A DNA stretch of 64,000 bases from an uncultured virus (IMG/VR IMGVR_UViG_3300009826_000018) (taxonomy: Duplodnaviria > Heunggongvirae > Uroviricota > Caudoviricetes). The DNA is taken from the IMG/VR virus record IMGVR_UViG_3300009826_000018, positions 1 through 64,000 of that record; one strand, 5' to 3'. Position numbers and translations under genes: made by a program. Shown piece by piece: positions 1 through 10,085 of this stretch. The first letter of the stretch is position 1; every line of letters starts with the position of its first letter. The notes below the pieces were generated by a model. The model was given only the letters and a program-made list of their open reading frames with translations, had not been told where the DNA came from and did no database searches.

Positions 1-521
1 AGATAAAAACGGTTGTTTTGCAAACCCTGTACAGGATCACCAAATTCACCATCACCAACAAGTGCACGTTTTCCTGGGTTTTGGAAGTTACGATCATGTC
101 TGTTGTAACCCATCAAACCCACGTGTTTCGCCGAACTACCCGACTGAACATTACCTAGATTATCAAGACCTTCCCATTCTCTTTCAGAAGTTACCGGTTT
201 AATATAGAACAACTTACCAATGGGTAAATTCAACGCTTGAATAGAAACCAAGTCATTAGCAAGCAATTTACTAAATACTCTCCTAATCAGCGGGAAAACT
301 ACGGTTACGAATGAACCGGAGTTCGTGGCATCTGTTGCTTCGTGGATAAGGTTTCTTGCAGTATTTTCATACAACAAAGAAATATTTTCCTTCATAACAC
401 CTTGCAAGTTTTGGGTAAAACCTAATTTATCCCAAGTTTCAGATATCCTTTGTCTTTCAGCAGCAACTTGGTTGTAGTGAATATTACCAACCAATCCGCT
501 TTGTAAAAAATTGTTTATCAT
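1..521 (-). CDS. Major capsid protein, T4 gp23-like (5' part; runs off window start)
   Basis: Hand translation from ATG at 521: MINNFLQSGLVGNIHYNQ...SGSFVTVVFPLIRRVFSKLLANDLVSIQALNLPIGKLFYIKP, matching the gp23 pattern LIRR..P.L.A.D..GVQPM..PTG.IF; lies directly downstream of the scaffold-like gene. Confidence 0.85.
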   Translation of the reverse strand, partial: MINNFLQSGLVGNIHYNQVAAERQRISETWDKLGFTQNLQGVMKENISLLYENTARNLIHEATDATNSGSFVTVVFPLIRRVFSKLLANDLVSIQALNLPIGKLFYIKPVTSEREWEGLDNLGNVQSGSSAKHVGLMGYNRHDRNFQNPGKRALVGDGEFGDPVQGLQNNRFY

Positions 522-557
522 TTTCGTTATGTTTTATTTATTGTTTATTTTTGTTTT

Positions 558-1970
558 TTATTTTCGATTATAAAGACCTTCCATTCGATTCATTAGATCG
601 ATTGATTTTTTAACGTCTTCATTAACAACCGTTGGTTGTTCTGTGAGTTTAATTTCGGTAATAATATTATTGAACACCGTATCAACGTTTTCAATAATCG
701 GTTTCCTCATTCTTAACTCTTTGTTTATTGTTTCATAAAGTGCTTGGATTTCGGGTTGTGTTTTATGACCTTCAAATCTTTCAACGATATTTCTCTTTTC
801 GTCAGTCGTTGTCGAATGTTCAGAAACTAATTGAATAATTTTTCCTAACTTTTGATTCATTAAAGCCGTTTCTTGTGTTGCAACATAGAAGTTTTGTGCA
901 CATTCTCTCAACTGTTTTACAGTTTCTTTCAGAATCATATTTTCTTCCACGATTGCTTTCATTTTCGCAACAAGTTCTTTGGTTTCGGTTTTCAGTTGTG
1001 CACCGTCACGAACCGCAGGTACTCTACCTTGTTGAACAGGAACTTTAACTTGATTGTCGGATTTTTTACCAATGTTTCTCAAACTACGATGAGTTCTCAC
1101 CAAACCTTCTTCCATTTCGTCATTTTCAGCAACAACATCTTCTTCGCTTTCATTAACAGATTTTTTGAAAGGTTTGCTATCAGCGTTTTTCACTTTACCT
1201 TGACCACTTGTGCCAAACTCGTGTGATTTTGCGCTGCTGGTGTTATCCTCAAAGGGGTCACTATCACCGTTTTTACCCTTTTTACCACTTGTACCAAATT
1301 CATGTGATTTTGCGCCTTCAACATTACTTTCAAATGGATCACCATCACCGATATTACTACCCTGATGTCTTCCACCTGTACCAGCACCAAAACCACCTTT
1401 TCTGTTTTGGGTGATACCAACAGGTACATCTAATTTAGCCTTAAAATCACCTAGTTTTCCACCCGCATATTGTGGGTTCAATTTACTTATAGACGATTCG
1501 CCAAGCATTTCTTCTTCCTCATTTAAGTCAATAATATAATCAGCACCGGTTTCAGTATCTTCCAATTCAATTGTATCACCTTGTTTAGTGACAATTATTT
1601 GGTCAGCATCAGACATACTTTTAAATACTTTTATAGCCGCTTCATCATTTTGACTAACGTCGTAAGTATCCTCACCTACTTCAAAATCTTCCATACCGTC
1701 AAGTTCTTCTTCTTCGCCGGGAACCTCGTCAATGACTTCTTCGCCATCAAATTCCCCTTCCGCTGTATCAACTTCGGGTGCAGCAACATCTTGGGTTTGT
1801 AAATCAACTTCTTCTTCTTCTTCGTATTCAGAATTATCTTCTTTTATAATACGTTTCATTTCTTCCTTAATTGATTGTTCCATGATGGCTTTAAGAGAAG
1901 CCTCGGTATTTTGCTTGACGCTTTCTCTTATAGACACAACATCTAATATTGGATTTTCATTTATGTTCAT
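558..1970 (-). CDS. Prohead scaffold/core protein (T4 gp22-like)
   Basis: Very acidic N-terminal half, C-terminal coiled coil, many (I/L/V)xE putative prohead-protease sites, immediately upstream of the capsid gene. Confidence 0.7.
   Translation of the reverse strand: MNINENPILDVVSIRESVKQNTEASLKAIMEQSIKEEMKRIIKEDNSEYEEEEEVDLQTQDVAAPEVDTAEGEFDGEEVIDEVPGEEEELDGMEDFEVGEDTYDVSQNDEAAIKVFKSMSDADQIIVTKQGDTIELEDTETGADYIIDLNEEEEMLGESSISKLNPQYAGGKLGDFKAKLDVPVGITQNRKGGFGAGTGGRHQGSNIGDGDPFESNVEGAKSHEFGTSGKKGKNGDSDPFEDNTSSAKSHEFGTSGQGKVKNADSKPFKKSVNESEEDVVAENDEMEEGLVRTHRSLRNIGKKSDNQVKVPVQQGRVPAVRDGAQLKTETKELVAKMKAIVEENMILKETVKQLRECAQNFYVATQETALMNQKLGKIIQLVSEHSTTTDEKRNIVERFEGHKTQPEIQALYETINKELRMRKPIIENVDTVFNNIITEIKLTEQPTVVNEDVKKSIDLMNRMEGLYNRK
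1200..1350 (-). repeat. Intragenic tandem peptide repeat in scaffold (GDxDPFE...AKSHEFGTSG)
   Basis: AKSHEFGTSG occurs twice; GDGDPFE, GDSDPFE and ADSKPFK form three related units. Confidence 0.75.
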
Positions 1971-2002
1971 AATTGAAATATTATATTTTTCTTATTTTAA
2001 TA

Positions 2003-2010
2003 ATAAATAG
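2003..2010 (-). promoter_or_regulatory. Putative phage late promoter CTATTTAT (scaffold-capsid operon)
   Basis: Same motif recurs upstream of more than 12 structural/late genes in the sense orientation. Confidence 0.65.
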
Positions 2011-2025
2011 TTAGTTTTTTCAAAA

Positions 2026-3774
2026 TTATTTGTATAGACGGAATTTATCCCTAATATATTTATGTGGAAGTACACAATCATGCATTTTGAAGTACGCTAA
2101 TAACCCACAAAGATTACCCGCAAAGTGTTTCTCTATTGGAAATATGTATCTATCATAATCTTCCGGTTTATCCGATAATATTGTTTCCAACAAACCTTGT
2201 GACCCCATCATTAAACTAATGTTAAATGGAACACCTTCTTGTTTTGACCAATGTTCGTTCAACTCTTTAAACATTGGTTCCATAAAATCTCGCCCAACGA
2301 ATTTTAATCTTCCATTGACATACATTTTTATACTACCCTTTCTTTGGGGTATCATCGTACATTTTGGGTCAGGAATATAAACACCATAACATATTTGAAC
2401 AATGATATTATTCCATTCACCAAATTTAACAACACCATCCACCGAATATTCTTCAATTAGTTTGGTTGGGTGTTCTTTTCTATCTTCATCACAGTTTATA
2501 ACATTAATTCTGTAACCTATTGCCCCCTCCGGTGTTATTCGGAAAGCCATTACATTATTATATGTATCCTTATATATGTCTATTTCGTTATCATATATAT
2601 CAATGTCTTCAAAACCCGGTGGTAACTTTTGGTTTGGTTTATCACCCAAATTATATAGATTAATGGAATCACACTGATATTTTTTCCAAAGTTCATAGAA
2701 ACCATAACTACAACAACCGGTAGCACTCACAGGATGTAATTGTGATATAGTCAAACCGGTATTTCTACCTAGTTCGTCAGTTGTTCTATTAAATAATGTA
2801 TAATAGTTAAGGTTGGAATTTTTCTTCTGATATGAATAAATAATTTCTTCGGGTATTTCGTCATTATCACCACGACAATCTACTCTGTAACCACAAACAC
2901 TTCTATTCATGTATAAGTATTTGTTGTTAGTTATAATTTCAACAATGTTGGGTGTGTTCAACGCAATACCCTCATTGTTCACCAATTTTTCAAACACTGA
3001 CTTGGATTTACGCAAATCCTCTTCGTCTAATAGATTAAGTAAATTACATTCCCCATTTTCTTCTAATATTTTTTTAATATTATTAAGATTTTCTATGTTA
3101 ATTTTACTTGTGTAATACCACCACTTATTTTCAGCACGTAATCCTTTATGGAAGAAAATTCCAAAATTTTCAGGATAAAAATGTGATAAGGTATTGTCTT
3201 TTATAGTGTTTTCAGGTTTAATTAAAAATTCATACGCAACACAAAGTTTGGGTCTTGTCGGCAGCGTTTCATATTCGCCAACATGTTTTGGTAGAAACAT
3301 TTTCCAAAAACCCTGTAAACCACCACCTTGTGCGTTCACAACCATTCGATTATCTATTTCTTCGTAAGTTAAAGTGTAGTCAATGGGTGGTTCACAATAA
3401 TAATTTCCCTTCACAGGGGTCATATAAAATCGTTTTTCTTCTTCCGGTATATTTAATGTGGTGTTTCGGAAAATATCTTCGAGATCATCTACCCCCCAAT
3501 TTATTGAAGTAACCCCATTATCAACCGAACACAACCCCCAATCTTTAAGGTCAAGACCTGTATTTATTGCTTCTTCCCATGGTTCAACACTATAAATATT
3601 ATTATTTTCGTCTATTTCCGATAAACTTGGATCAATGGTAGCAACAACACAATCCACCGTGCGAGATGCTTTTGTTGCATCGGGGTGAAGATAAAAGTCA
3701 TAATATCGGTTATCCACAAGTAACCAACTATCTAAATGATGTCTTTCAGTTCGTCTTATATTAAGATTGCCCAT
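2026..3774 (-). CDS. Putative virion structural protein (C-terminal LamG/ConA-like beta-sandwich possible)
   Basis: 582-aa ORF with late motif upstream; GEWNNI..Q...IKMYVNG pattern resembles LamG-like folds. Confidence 0.4.
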   Translation of the reverse strand: MGNLNIRRTERHHLDSWLLVDNRYYDFYLHPDATKASRTVDCVVATIDPSLSEIDENNNIYSVEPWEEAINTGLDLKDWGLCSVDNGVTSINWGVDDLEDIFRNTTLNIPEEEKRFYMTPVKGNYYCEPPIDYTLTYEEIDNRMVVNAQGGGLQGFWKMFLPKHVGEYETLPTRPKLCVAYEFLIKPENTIKDNTLSHFYPENFGIFFHKGLRAENKWWYYTSKINIENLNNIKKILEENGECNLLNLLDEEDLRKSKSVFEKLVNNEGIALNTPNIVEIITNNKYLYMNRSVCGYRVDCRGDNDEIPEEIIYSYQKKNSNLNYYTLFNRTTDELGRNTGLTISQLHPVSATGCCSYGFYELWKKYQCDSINLYNLGDKPNQKLPPGFEDIDIYDNEIDIYKDTYNNVMAFRITPEGAIGYRINVINCDEDRKEHPTKLIEEYSVDGVVKFGEWNNIIVQICYGVYIPDPKCTMIPQRKGSIKMYVNGRLKFVGRDFMEPMFKELNEHWSKQEGVPFNISLMMGSQGLLETILSDKPEDYDRYIFPIEKHFAGNLCGLLAYFKMHDCVLPHKYIRDKFRLYK

Positions 3775-3789
3775 ATTATTTTCATTTCA

Positions 3790-3798
3790 TATAAATAG
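3790..3798 (-). promoter_or_regulatory. Putative late promoter CTATTTATA
   Basis: Motif about 16 nt upstream of the 3774 start. Confidence 0.6.
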
Positions 3799-3803
3799 GC
3801 TTT

Positions 3804-3834
3804 TTTGGGATTTCCTGAAAATGTTGTATTTTTG
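3804..3834 (+). promoter_or_regulatory. Bacteroidota primary-sigma promoter (-33 TTTG / -7 TAnnTTTG)
   Basis: TTTG 3804-3807, 19-nt spacer, TATTTTTG 3827-3834, upstream of the + strand block starting at 3853. Confidence 0.7.
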
Positions 3835-3852
3835 TAGTAAAAAGTAAGATAT

Positions 3853-4140
3853 ATGTTCAATTTATCAAACATAAAAATATCCGATATATTTTCAAAGATA
3901 GGTGATAGAAAAATAACTGACAGAAAATATATAAACGGTTGCCTTATAATTGCAATGGTGTTATTTTGTACATTGGTATATTTGATTATCACAAATATCA
4001 AATGGATACTATTGGGAATAATAGTTTGGGCGGCGATTTATTTCGGCAAACAAGTATATTATAACCATAAAAACAAAGGGCAATTGAAAATATTAGGATA
4101 TGAAAAACATCAAAAGTTTGATGAATATACGGAGTTGTAA
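3853..4140 (+). CDS. Small membrane protein (2 TM)
   Basis: Two hydrophobic segments in a 95-aa ORF. Confidence 0.6.
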   Translation: MFNLSNIKISDIFSKIGDRKITDRKYINGCLIIAMVLFCTLVYLIITNIKWILLGIIVWAAIYFGKQVYYNHKNKGQLKILGYEKHQKFDEYTEL

Positions 4141-4178
4141 GTGAGTATTTTAAAACAAATTTAATAAATATATAATAT

Positions 4179-4919
4179 ATGTTAGTAGAAAACAATCGTC
4201 AACAAATACTGTTGGACTTCTTAAACCAATTAGAAGAAAATAATTGTATCATTACAGTTGGTAAACGTTGTGATTTTATACCCGCAGTTTTTAGACAGGG
4301 TACGAAATATCAAGTGTATATAGACCAATTTTCGCAATTTCACGATTACGAAGATGTAACCATACTGATTGATAAAATTATCAGGTATGTACCTGACAAT
4401 GAGTTTATCGAATATAAACTTATTTCAATCGAAGAGTTTGGGCAAAAACGTATAAATGATATTAGAAATAACATCCAAAAGAGATTAGATAATATTGATG
4501 CACCGGAAAATCAAGATTTCAAAAACATTATAAGTGATGTTGAAAGAGATATTTCTACATATGTTCTTGCAGACGGAAAAATAAAATATTTGGTGGGTGC
4601 TGTATCAACCGATGAAGATTGGTATTATATGTATCTTATTCCTAAAAACGCATCAATCAGTGTTGAATATGGTACGTGTGTAGGATTTTACATACCACTA
4701 CACAGATATTTACCTGCGGAAGAATATGAAAGAGTACATGATTACACAATAACAAAGGCACTCAAAGAAGAAAATTTGGAAAAAACCAAACAATGGTTTT
4801 ATAATAAATTTGTTGATACAACAGATATGGTTCCATTTACCAATGTGGGTATTAAACCGGGTGAGTGGTGGGAACCATTTTCATTTTTAACTGATAATAA
4901 TACTTTTTCACCCGCATAA
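4179..4919 (+). CDS. Hypothetical protein
   Basis: 246-aa ORF, stop/start overlap with next gene. Confidence 0.6.
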   Translation: MLVENNRQQILLDFLNQLEENNCIITVGKRCDFIPAVFRQGTKYQVYIDQFSQFHDYEDVTILIDKIIRYVPDNEFIEYKLISIEEFGQKRINDIRNNIQKRLDNIDAPENQDFKNIISDVERDISTYVLADGKIKYLVGAVSTDEDWYYMYLIPKNASISVEYGTCVGFYIPLHRYLPAEEYERVHDYTITKALKEENLEKTKQWFYNKFVDTTDMVPFTNVGIKPGEWWEPFSFLTDNNTFSPA

Positions 4920-5731
4920 TGATAACTCCGAATACTATACTTAACGGTGATAGTGAAGAAGTATTAAAAACTTTTCCTCGTGATATGGTGGATTTAACAT
5001 TTTGTAGTCCACCATACTATAATGCGAGAGAATATTCACAATATGAAGATTACGATTCATATTTACAAACAATGTGTCGAATATTTAATCAGGTGTATAG
5101 GGTTACAAAAGAGGGGAGGTTTTTAGTAATAAACGTATCACCTGTCATAGAACCAAGATTAAGTCGGGCGCACCAATCAAAGCGGTATCCCATACCGTTT
5201 GATTTGGTGTATATGTTGACAAGAACAAAACCATTAGGATTTTACCAACACCCTTACTCTAACATGCCGGGTTGGGATTTCATTGAGGATATCATTTGGG
5301 AAAAACCTGAATCTTCGGTCAAAAATCGCAACGGACAATTCTTTCAACATAGAAAACCATTATCATATAAACCGAATATTGTACATGAATATTTATTGGT
5401 TTTTCGCAAACACACTGATAGGTTAATTGATTGGAATTTGCGACAATATCGTAGCGATACAATAGAAGAAAGTAAGGTGGAAGACGGATATGAAAAAACC
5501 TCTATATGGGAAATACACCCAAAGAGTTCTAAACACCATCCGGCGATTTTTCCCGAAGAACTTTCTGAAAGAGTAATCAAATATTATTCAATGGTCGGCG
5601 ACACTGTTTTGGACCCATTCAGTGGTATCGGAACAACTTGTAAGGTTGCAAAAAAATTAAAAAGAGGGTATATTGGTATTGAACTGAACAATGAATATTA
5701 TGAGTATTCATTGAAAAATGTTGAGAATTGA
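4919..5731 (+). CDS. DNA methyltransferase, beta-class N4-cytosine/N6-adenine (N6_N4_Mtase)
   Basis: Catalytic SPPY near N-terminus, HPAIFP, SAM-binding DPFSGIGTT, GIELN. Confidence 0.9.
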   Translation: MITPNTILNGDSEEVLKTFPRDMVDLTFCSPPYYNAREYSQYEDYDSYLQTMCRIFNQVYRVTKEGRFLVINVSPVIEPRLSRAHQSKRYPIPFDLVYMLTRTKPLGFYQHPYSNMPGWDFIEDIIWEKPESSVKNRNGQFFQHRKPLSYKPNIVHEYLLVFRKHTDRLIDWNLRQYRSDTIEESKVEDGYEKTSIWEIHPKSSKHHPAIFPEELSERVIKYYSMVGDTVLDPFSGIGTTCKVAKKLKRGYIGIELNNEYYEYSLKNVEN

Positions 5732-5749
5732 TAAAAAATGAATGTATAA

Positions 5750-5758
5750 CTATTTATA
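5750..5758 (+). promoter_or_regulatory. Putative late promoter CTATTTATA
   Basis: Motif 13 nt upstream of ATG 5772. Confidence 0.6.
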
Positions 5759-5771
5759 AAAAAAATAAAAG

Positions 5772-6128
5772 ATGGATAAAATTAAGAATTTTTTAGCGGA
5801 AAATTATTTTTGGATTGTGTTGATACTGTTCTTTGGTGTGTATCTTCAAACATGTAGTCAGCAACGAAATAATAAAGCATTGGTGAGACAAAATCAACAA
5901 CTGATCATACAAAACCACGAATTAATACAACAATTAGATACAATAAAACATGGGTTTGTCAACAAAGAAGAGTTGCAACTCTATATCAAAATTGGTGGTT
6001 ATGAGGTATCAGAGAACATTTTAAATGATTTTAATGACTTTGCCAGGTCACGCGCCACCCCGACAGAACGGTCGAGATACTACCAAAACCGAAGGGAAGA
6101 AATGGAACTCCGACTTAATAATAGGTGA
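5772..6128 (+). CDS. Membrane-anchored coiled-coil protein (possible spanin/lysis accessory)
   Basis: N-terminal TM ending in LQTC, Gln-rich coiled coil, late motif upstream. Confidence 0.4.
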   Translation: MDKIKNFLAENYFWIVLILFFGVYLQTCSQQRNNKALVRQNQQLIIQNHELIQQLDTIKHGFVNKEELQLYIKIGGYEVSENILNDFNDFARSRATPTERSRYYQNRREEMELRLNNR

Positions 6129-7105
6129 ATACAATGGGGAAGTGGTTTAGAAAAAATAGAGAAATAGTATTAAAGAGTATATACTCAATACCGATTTGCT
6201 TCGCAATAGTAATATCGGTATTTCACTGTATAGCGTGGTTTAATATTGCCAACCCCTCACCCTTTGCGATTGCCATGTCAATCGGTTTAGAGGTGGCGGC
6301 AGCAACTACACTAATAGCCCTAATGACAGGGAAAATAACATTCTCAATAATATTAACATTTATTGTGGTCACAATATACCAAATGTTGGGGAACATATTC
6401 TTCTCATTTAATTTTATAGATGAGAATGGGGAATTGTTTCAAACGTGGGTACAATTTATGACAATAATATTGGGTGAAACTAACACATGGACAACAGAAC
6501 TACATAAATTTTGGTTATCTGTTATATCGGGTATTATTGTGCCGGGTCTATCGTTGTTATCATTACACTTAATTGCAACGTTTGAGTTCAAAGAGGATAA
6601 CCCACCACCAAAACAAAAAGTTCCGATAGAAGAAACTGAAACCGAAATTGAAGAGGTGGTTGTGGAAGAAACCCCTGTGGAGGTAATTGAAGATGATATT
6701 GTTCAACCCATTGTTGAAGTAAAGAAAGGAACCCCTGTTATTGAATATCCCATAGCAGTAGAAGAACCCAAAATTGAAGAGGTGGTTGTGGAAGAAACTC
6801 CTGTGGAGGTAATCGAAGGAGCCCCCGTGATAATAGATGAAGAAATTATTATACCACCTGTAACACCGATTATTATACCCCCTGTTAAGAAGGTGGTAAA
6901 AGAAACAAAACCGGTAAAAGAACCGAAGGTAGTAAAAGATTCGAAGAAAGAAACCACAAAGAAAAATGTGTTAGGTGATCCTAAAATTAAGATTGAAAAG
7001 AGCACCAAACCCGCAATAATAGAACAACCTGTTACAGAAGGTAAAAGTATAAGAAAAATGGGTTTACCTGGATTTAAAGATTATGGTACTAAAAAGGTTA
7101 CTTAA
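6125..7105 (+). CDS. Multi-pass membrane protein with Glu/Val/Pro-rich tail (possible holin-like late protein)
   Basis: About 4 TM segments then low-complexity EEVVVEETPVEVIE repeats; overlaps upstream gene. Confidence 0.5.
   Translation: MNTMGKWFRKNREIVLKSIYSIPICFAIVISVFHCIAWFNIANPSPFAIAMSIGLEVAAATTLIALMTGKITFSIILTFIVVTIYQMLGNIFFSFNFIDENGELFQTWVQFMTIILGETNTWTTELHKFWLSVISGIIVPGLSLLSLHLIATFEFKEDNPPPKQKVPIEETETEIEEVVVEETPVEVIEDDIVQPIVEVKKGTPVIEYPIAVEEPKIEEVVVEETPVEVIEGAPVIIDEEIIIPPVTPIIIPPVKKVVKETKPVKEPKVVKDSKKETTKKNVLGDPKIKIEKSTKPAIIEQPVTEGKSIRKMGLPGFKDYGTKKVT
6645..6818 (+). repeat. 48-bp direct repeat (6645-6692 / 6771-6818, 2 mismatches)
   Basis: AAATTGAAGAGGTGGTTGTGGAAGAAACYCCTGTGGAGGTAATYGAAG twice. 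Confidence 0.85.
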
Positions 7106-7547
7106 AAGTCTCCTTAACCTTATTTATAGTCCATTCATTATATAATGTTTTAGCAAATGCATGTAATGCGGTTAAAGCCGTTAAACCATCTTCGCTAACA
7201 TTGAAATTTTCCACGCTAATATGTAGGGGTTCAGTATTTGAAATATCAGTAGTTATTCCGAATTTTAAATTTGAAAGACTTGGTATCACACCGTCTAATG
7301 TTATAGTTGATTTTTCTTTATTAACAACCAAACCATCTTCTTCCATTTTTACATTAGGTATTTTTTGGAGTAATGGATCAATAATTTGATTTTTGACACC
7401 AGGATAATTTTGCTCGTTCACAACAACTTCTTGTGTTGCGTTGTAATCACCCTCATATTCTTCCATCAAACGTTTAGAATTTTTTACATTGATATCACGT
7501 ATGGTATTTATCATACCTCTGAAAACATCTTCTTCTCGGATTCTCAT
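7098..7547 (-). CDS. Hypothetical late protein
   Basis: 149-aa ORF with CTATTTATA at 7563-7571 upstream. Confidence 0.6.
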   Translation of the reverse strand: MRIREEDVFRGMINTIRDINVKNSKRLMEEYEGDYNATQEVVVNEQNYPGVKNQIIDPLLQKIPNVKMEEDGLVVNKEKSTITLDGVIPSLSNLKFGITTDISNTEPLHISVENFNVSEDGLTALTALHAFAKTLYNEWTINKVKETFK

Positions 7548-7571
7548 ATTTCTTGTTTTTTATATAAATAG

Positions 7572-7603
7572 TTTGAAATATAATTTCAAAAACAGTAAGT
7601 TTG
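7572..7603 (+). promoter_or_regulatory. Bacteroidota primary-sigma promoter
   Basis: TTTG 7572-7575, 20-nt spacer, TAAGTTTG 7596-7603, upstream of thioredoxin. Confidence 0.7.
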
Positions 7604-7639
7604 TAGTAAATATTTATAAATTAATAAAATTATTCTAAA

Positions 7640-7930
7640 ATGAGTAAGACAGTATTAAAAATCGGGACTCGTAGTTGTCCACCTTGTCATAGATTGAAAC
7701 CTATCTTTGAGACTTTAAAGGAAGAATTTAACGGAAAAATTAATTTCTTGGAAGTAAGCGATGATGGGGATTATGATTTATTTGAAAAATTTTGTGTAAA
7801 GTTTAATATTCGTGGCGTACCTGTCGTAATAGTTATGGATGGTGCGGAAAATGAATTGGAAAGACTTACCGGCCTGAACAATGTGGATACATACAGAGAT
7901 GTTATCAAAAAACACATTATTGTTAATTAA
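7640..7930 (+). CDS. Thioredoxin
   Basis: CPPC active site, cis-Pro motif IRGVP, 96 aa. Confidence 0.85.
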   Translation: MSKTVLKIGTRSCPPCHRLKPIFETLKEEFNGKINFLEVSDDGDYDLFEKFCVKFNIRGVPVVIVMDGAENELERLTGLNNVDTYRDVIKKHIIVN

Positions 7931-7931
7931 T

Positions 7932-8696
7932 ATGGAAACGGAAGTAAAAAAAAGAAATTATAGAGGGCGCAAACGCCAAAAACCAACTCCAACAGATCCG
8001 GAAACAATAGACGTAATCAACACTGTTTTGAAGGAATTTGAGGGAGAGGGGAAACCGAAACCGAAAAGACGGAACAAGCGCAAACCGGCGGCAAGTGAAC
8101 CCCCAACCCAACCGGGTGTCATGTTCACCTCCACCATAACGGCACGAAAACCTATGCGCACCCCCTTCCAATTATTTTATGACGAGGGTATATCAAAAAC
8201 AGGTTGGGCGGGATTATTAATCCCGCTTTTTAAAGAAGTTGAAGAGTGGAATAAAGATAAACCCGAAAACGAACACTTTGTGTTTTCTCAAATTAAAGAG
8301 AAATGGGGTTCATTAAATTTATATAATTACGGTGCAACCGAAGAACAGTGGAAAAGGGTTAAAATGTGTGAACACGCTTCTAATCATATTTGTATGCGTT
8401 GCGGTAGCCCATTCAAAGTAGGTCGGACAGGTAATTGGATTACCACATTGTGTGAAATATGTGCTAAAAAAGAAGAAAGGTATCATTGGGAACTCCGATA
8501 TGATTCAGTTAGAATCACCCCTATTATTAAAATGGCATTGAAATTACAGAAGTTTGGATTTTGGTATAAAGAAAAATCAAGAAGATTATTTTATCGCTTG
8601 GCAGTGCGTTGGGGTTATGTGAGGTTTTTTTGGACACATTACATATTAAGGAGTGATAAGTTAGATAAAACAATGTTTAATTATAAAAAGTATTGA
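7932..8696 (+). CDS. Hypothetical phage protein with QIKEKWG motif and Zn-finger (CxxC...CxxC)
   Basis: FSQIKEKWGSL..Y, CMRCG, CEIC; ATG at 7932 preferred. Confidence 0.55.
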   Translation: METEVKKRNYRGRKRQKPTPTDPETIDVINTVLKEFEGEGKPKPKRRNKRKPAASEPPTQPGVMFTSTITARKPMRTPFQLFYDEGISKTGWAGLLIPLFKEVEEWNKDKPENEHFVFSQIKEKWGSLNLYNYGATEEQWKRVKMCEHASNHICMRCGSPFKVGRTGNWITTLCEICAKKEERYHWELRYDSVRITPIIKMALKLQKFGFWYKEKSRRLFYRLAVRWGYVRFFWTHYILRSDKLDKTMFNYKKY

Positions 8697-8697
8697 C

Positions 8698-9465
8698 ATG
8701 AATAAGAATGTAGTATTAAGTGATTTAAGTAGAATTTGCTTCGTAGATATAGAAACTGTTGGACAAAAAATTGATATTGAAAACAACCCAATATTAAGAG
8801 AGTTTATCAAAAAGAAATATAAACTTGAAACTGAAAGCGAAGTAACTAACGAAAGTGTTTTATTACAAGGTGGTCTTTATCCTGAAACCGGTAAAATCAT
8901 TTGTATTAGTGTAGGTGTTTTCAACGGTGAGAATTTTAGAGTTAAATCTTTCTATGGTGATGAAGAAGTGGATTTGTTGAAAGATTTTGTGAACATGTTG
9001 GAAACAAATAATTTTTCATTAAAATATACTCTTTGTGGTCATAATATCGAAGGGTTCGATATTCCGTTCATTGCGAAACGCTGTATCTTGAATGGTATTA
9101 AAATACCATTTGTACTGAACATAATGACCAAGAAGGAGTGGGATTATAACTTCATTGATACAATGAAATTATGGGCGTTTGGTGACACTTACAATAATCG
9201 CATTTCTCTGAAAGTGGCGTGTGAAATATTTGGTATCCCAACAAGTAAGTCGGATATTGATGGTTCCCAAGTATCACAGGTCTATTACCAATCTTTGTTT
9301 ACACAATCCATTGCTAAACCAAGTGCGAAAGATAAACAAGCGCATGAAGAAGATTTGAACCGCATTGCCAAGTACTGTGAATCCGATGTTGTAGCAACCG
9401 CTCGTCTATTCCAAAAAATAACCCAAAATGGGTATCTAAAAGACGAAAACATTTTAATACGATAA
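8698..9465 (+). CDS. DEDD 3'-5' exonuclease (PolB-exonuclease-related family)
   Basis: ExoI DIETV, ExoII GHNIEGFDIPF, ExoIII YCESDV. Confidence 0.85.
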   Translation: MNKNVVLSDLSRICFVDIETVGQKIDIENNPILREFIKKKYKLETESEVTNESVLLQGGLYPETGKIICISVGVFNGENFRVKSFYGDEEVDLLKDFVNMLETNNFSLKYTLCGHNIEGFDIPFIAKRCILNGIKIPFVLNIMTKKEWDYNFIDTMKLWAFGDTYNNRISLKVACEIFGIPTSKSDIDGSQVSQVYYQSLFTQSIAKPSAKDKQAHEEDLNRIAKYCESDVVATARLFQKITQNGYLKDENILIR

Positions 9466-9471
9466 ACGGAT

Positions 9472-9693
9472 ATGGAAATTCGAGATATAATTGAAAATAA
9501 TTCAATGGAAAGAACATTTAATTACCTTGAACCAAAAGGAATGACAGCAGAAGAGTTTTCGGTAGAAATGAATAGGTTATTAGGTGAGTTTTGCGACCAT
9601 TTTGTTTGTAATCTTTTTGAAATACGCAAACCATTTCAACAGTGGTTACAATTTTTCAATGAAAAATATAAAACTGACGAATATAATAGATAA
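9472..9693 (+). CDS. Hypothetical protein
   Basis: 73-aa ORF in tight operon. Confidence 0.5.
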   Translation: MEIRDIIENNSMERTFNYLEPKGMTAEEFSVEMNRLLGEFCDHFVCNLFEIRKPFQQWLQFFNEKYKTDEYNR

Positions 9694-10085
9694 TGGAAGA
9701 ATTTGTAGTATATGTAGATTATATAGGTAAAGACGGCACAGGGTTACATATTTACGAACTGTATCTTGCCAAAGACCCTTCGTTGGTATTCGGAGATTAT
9801 TGGAATGTCCTTCCAATAGGACAGTGTTCAAAGGATCAAAAGAAACCCCATGAATCTACTATTGACAATAAAATCGAAATACGATTACCCATACTATTAA
9901 AATTAGCACAGAATAACAATTCATTATCAATGACTGACGTTACCGATAATATATTAGCACTGTGTTGGGAGGATTTATCATATTACGAAGAATATCCCGA
10001 ATATCGTTTGGTATTAAATTATGGTGAAAGCATAGAAAGTGTTAAAGATAAACTTAATAAAAAATTGGAATCTTATGGTAAATAG
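9693..10085 (+). CDS. Hypothetical protein
   Basis: 130-aa ORF, stop/start overlap. Confidence 0.6.
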   Translation: MEEFVVYVDYIGKDGTGLHIYELYLAKDPSLVFGDYWNVLPIGQCSKDQKKPHESTIDNKIEIRLPILLKLAQNNNSLSMTDVTDNILALCWEDLSYYEEYPEYRLVLNYGESIESVKDKLNKKLESYGK

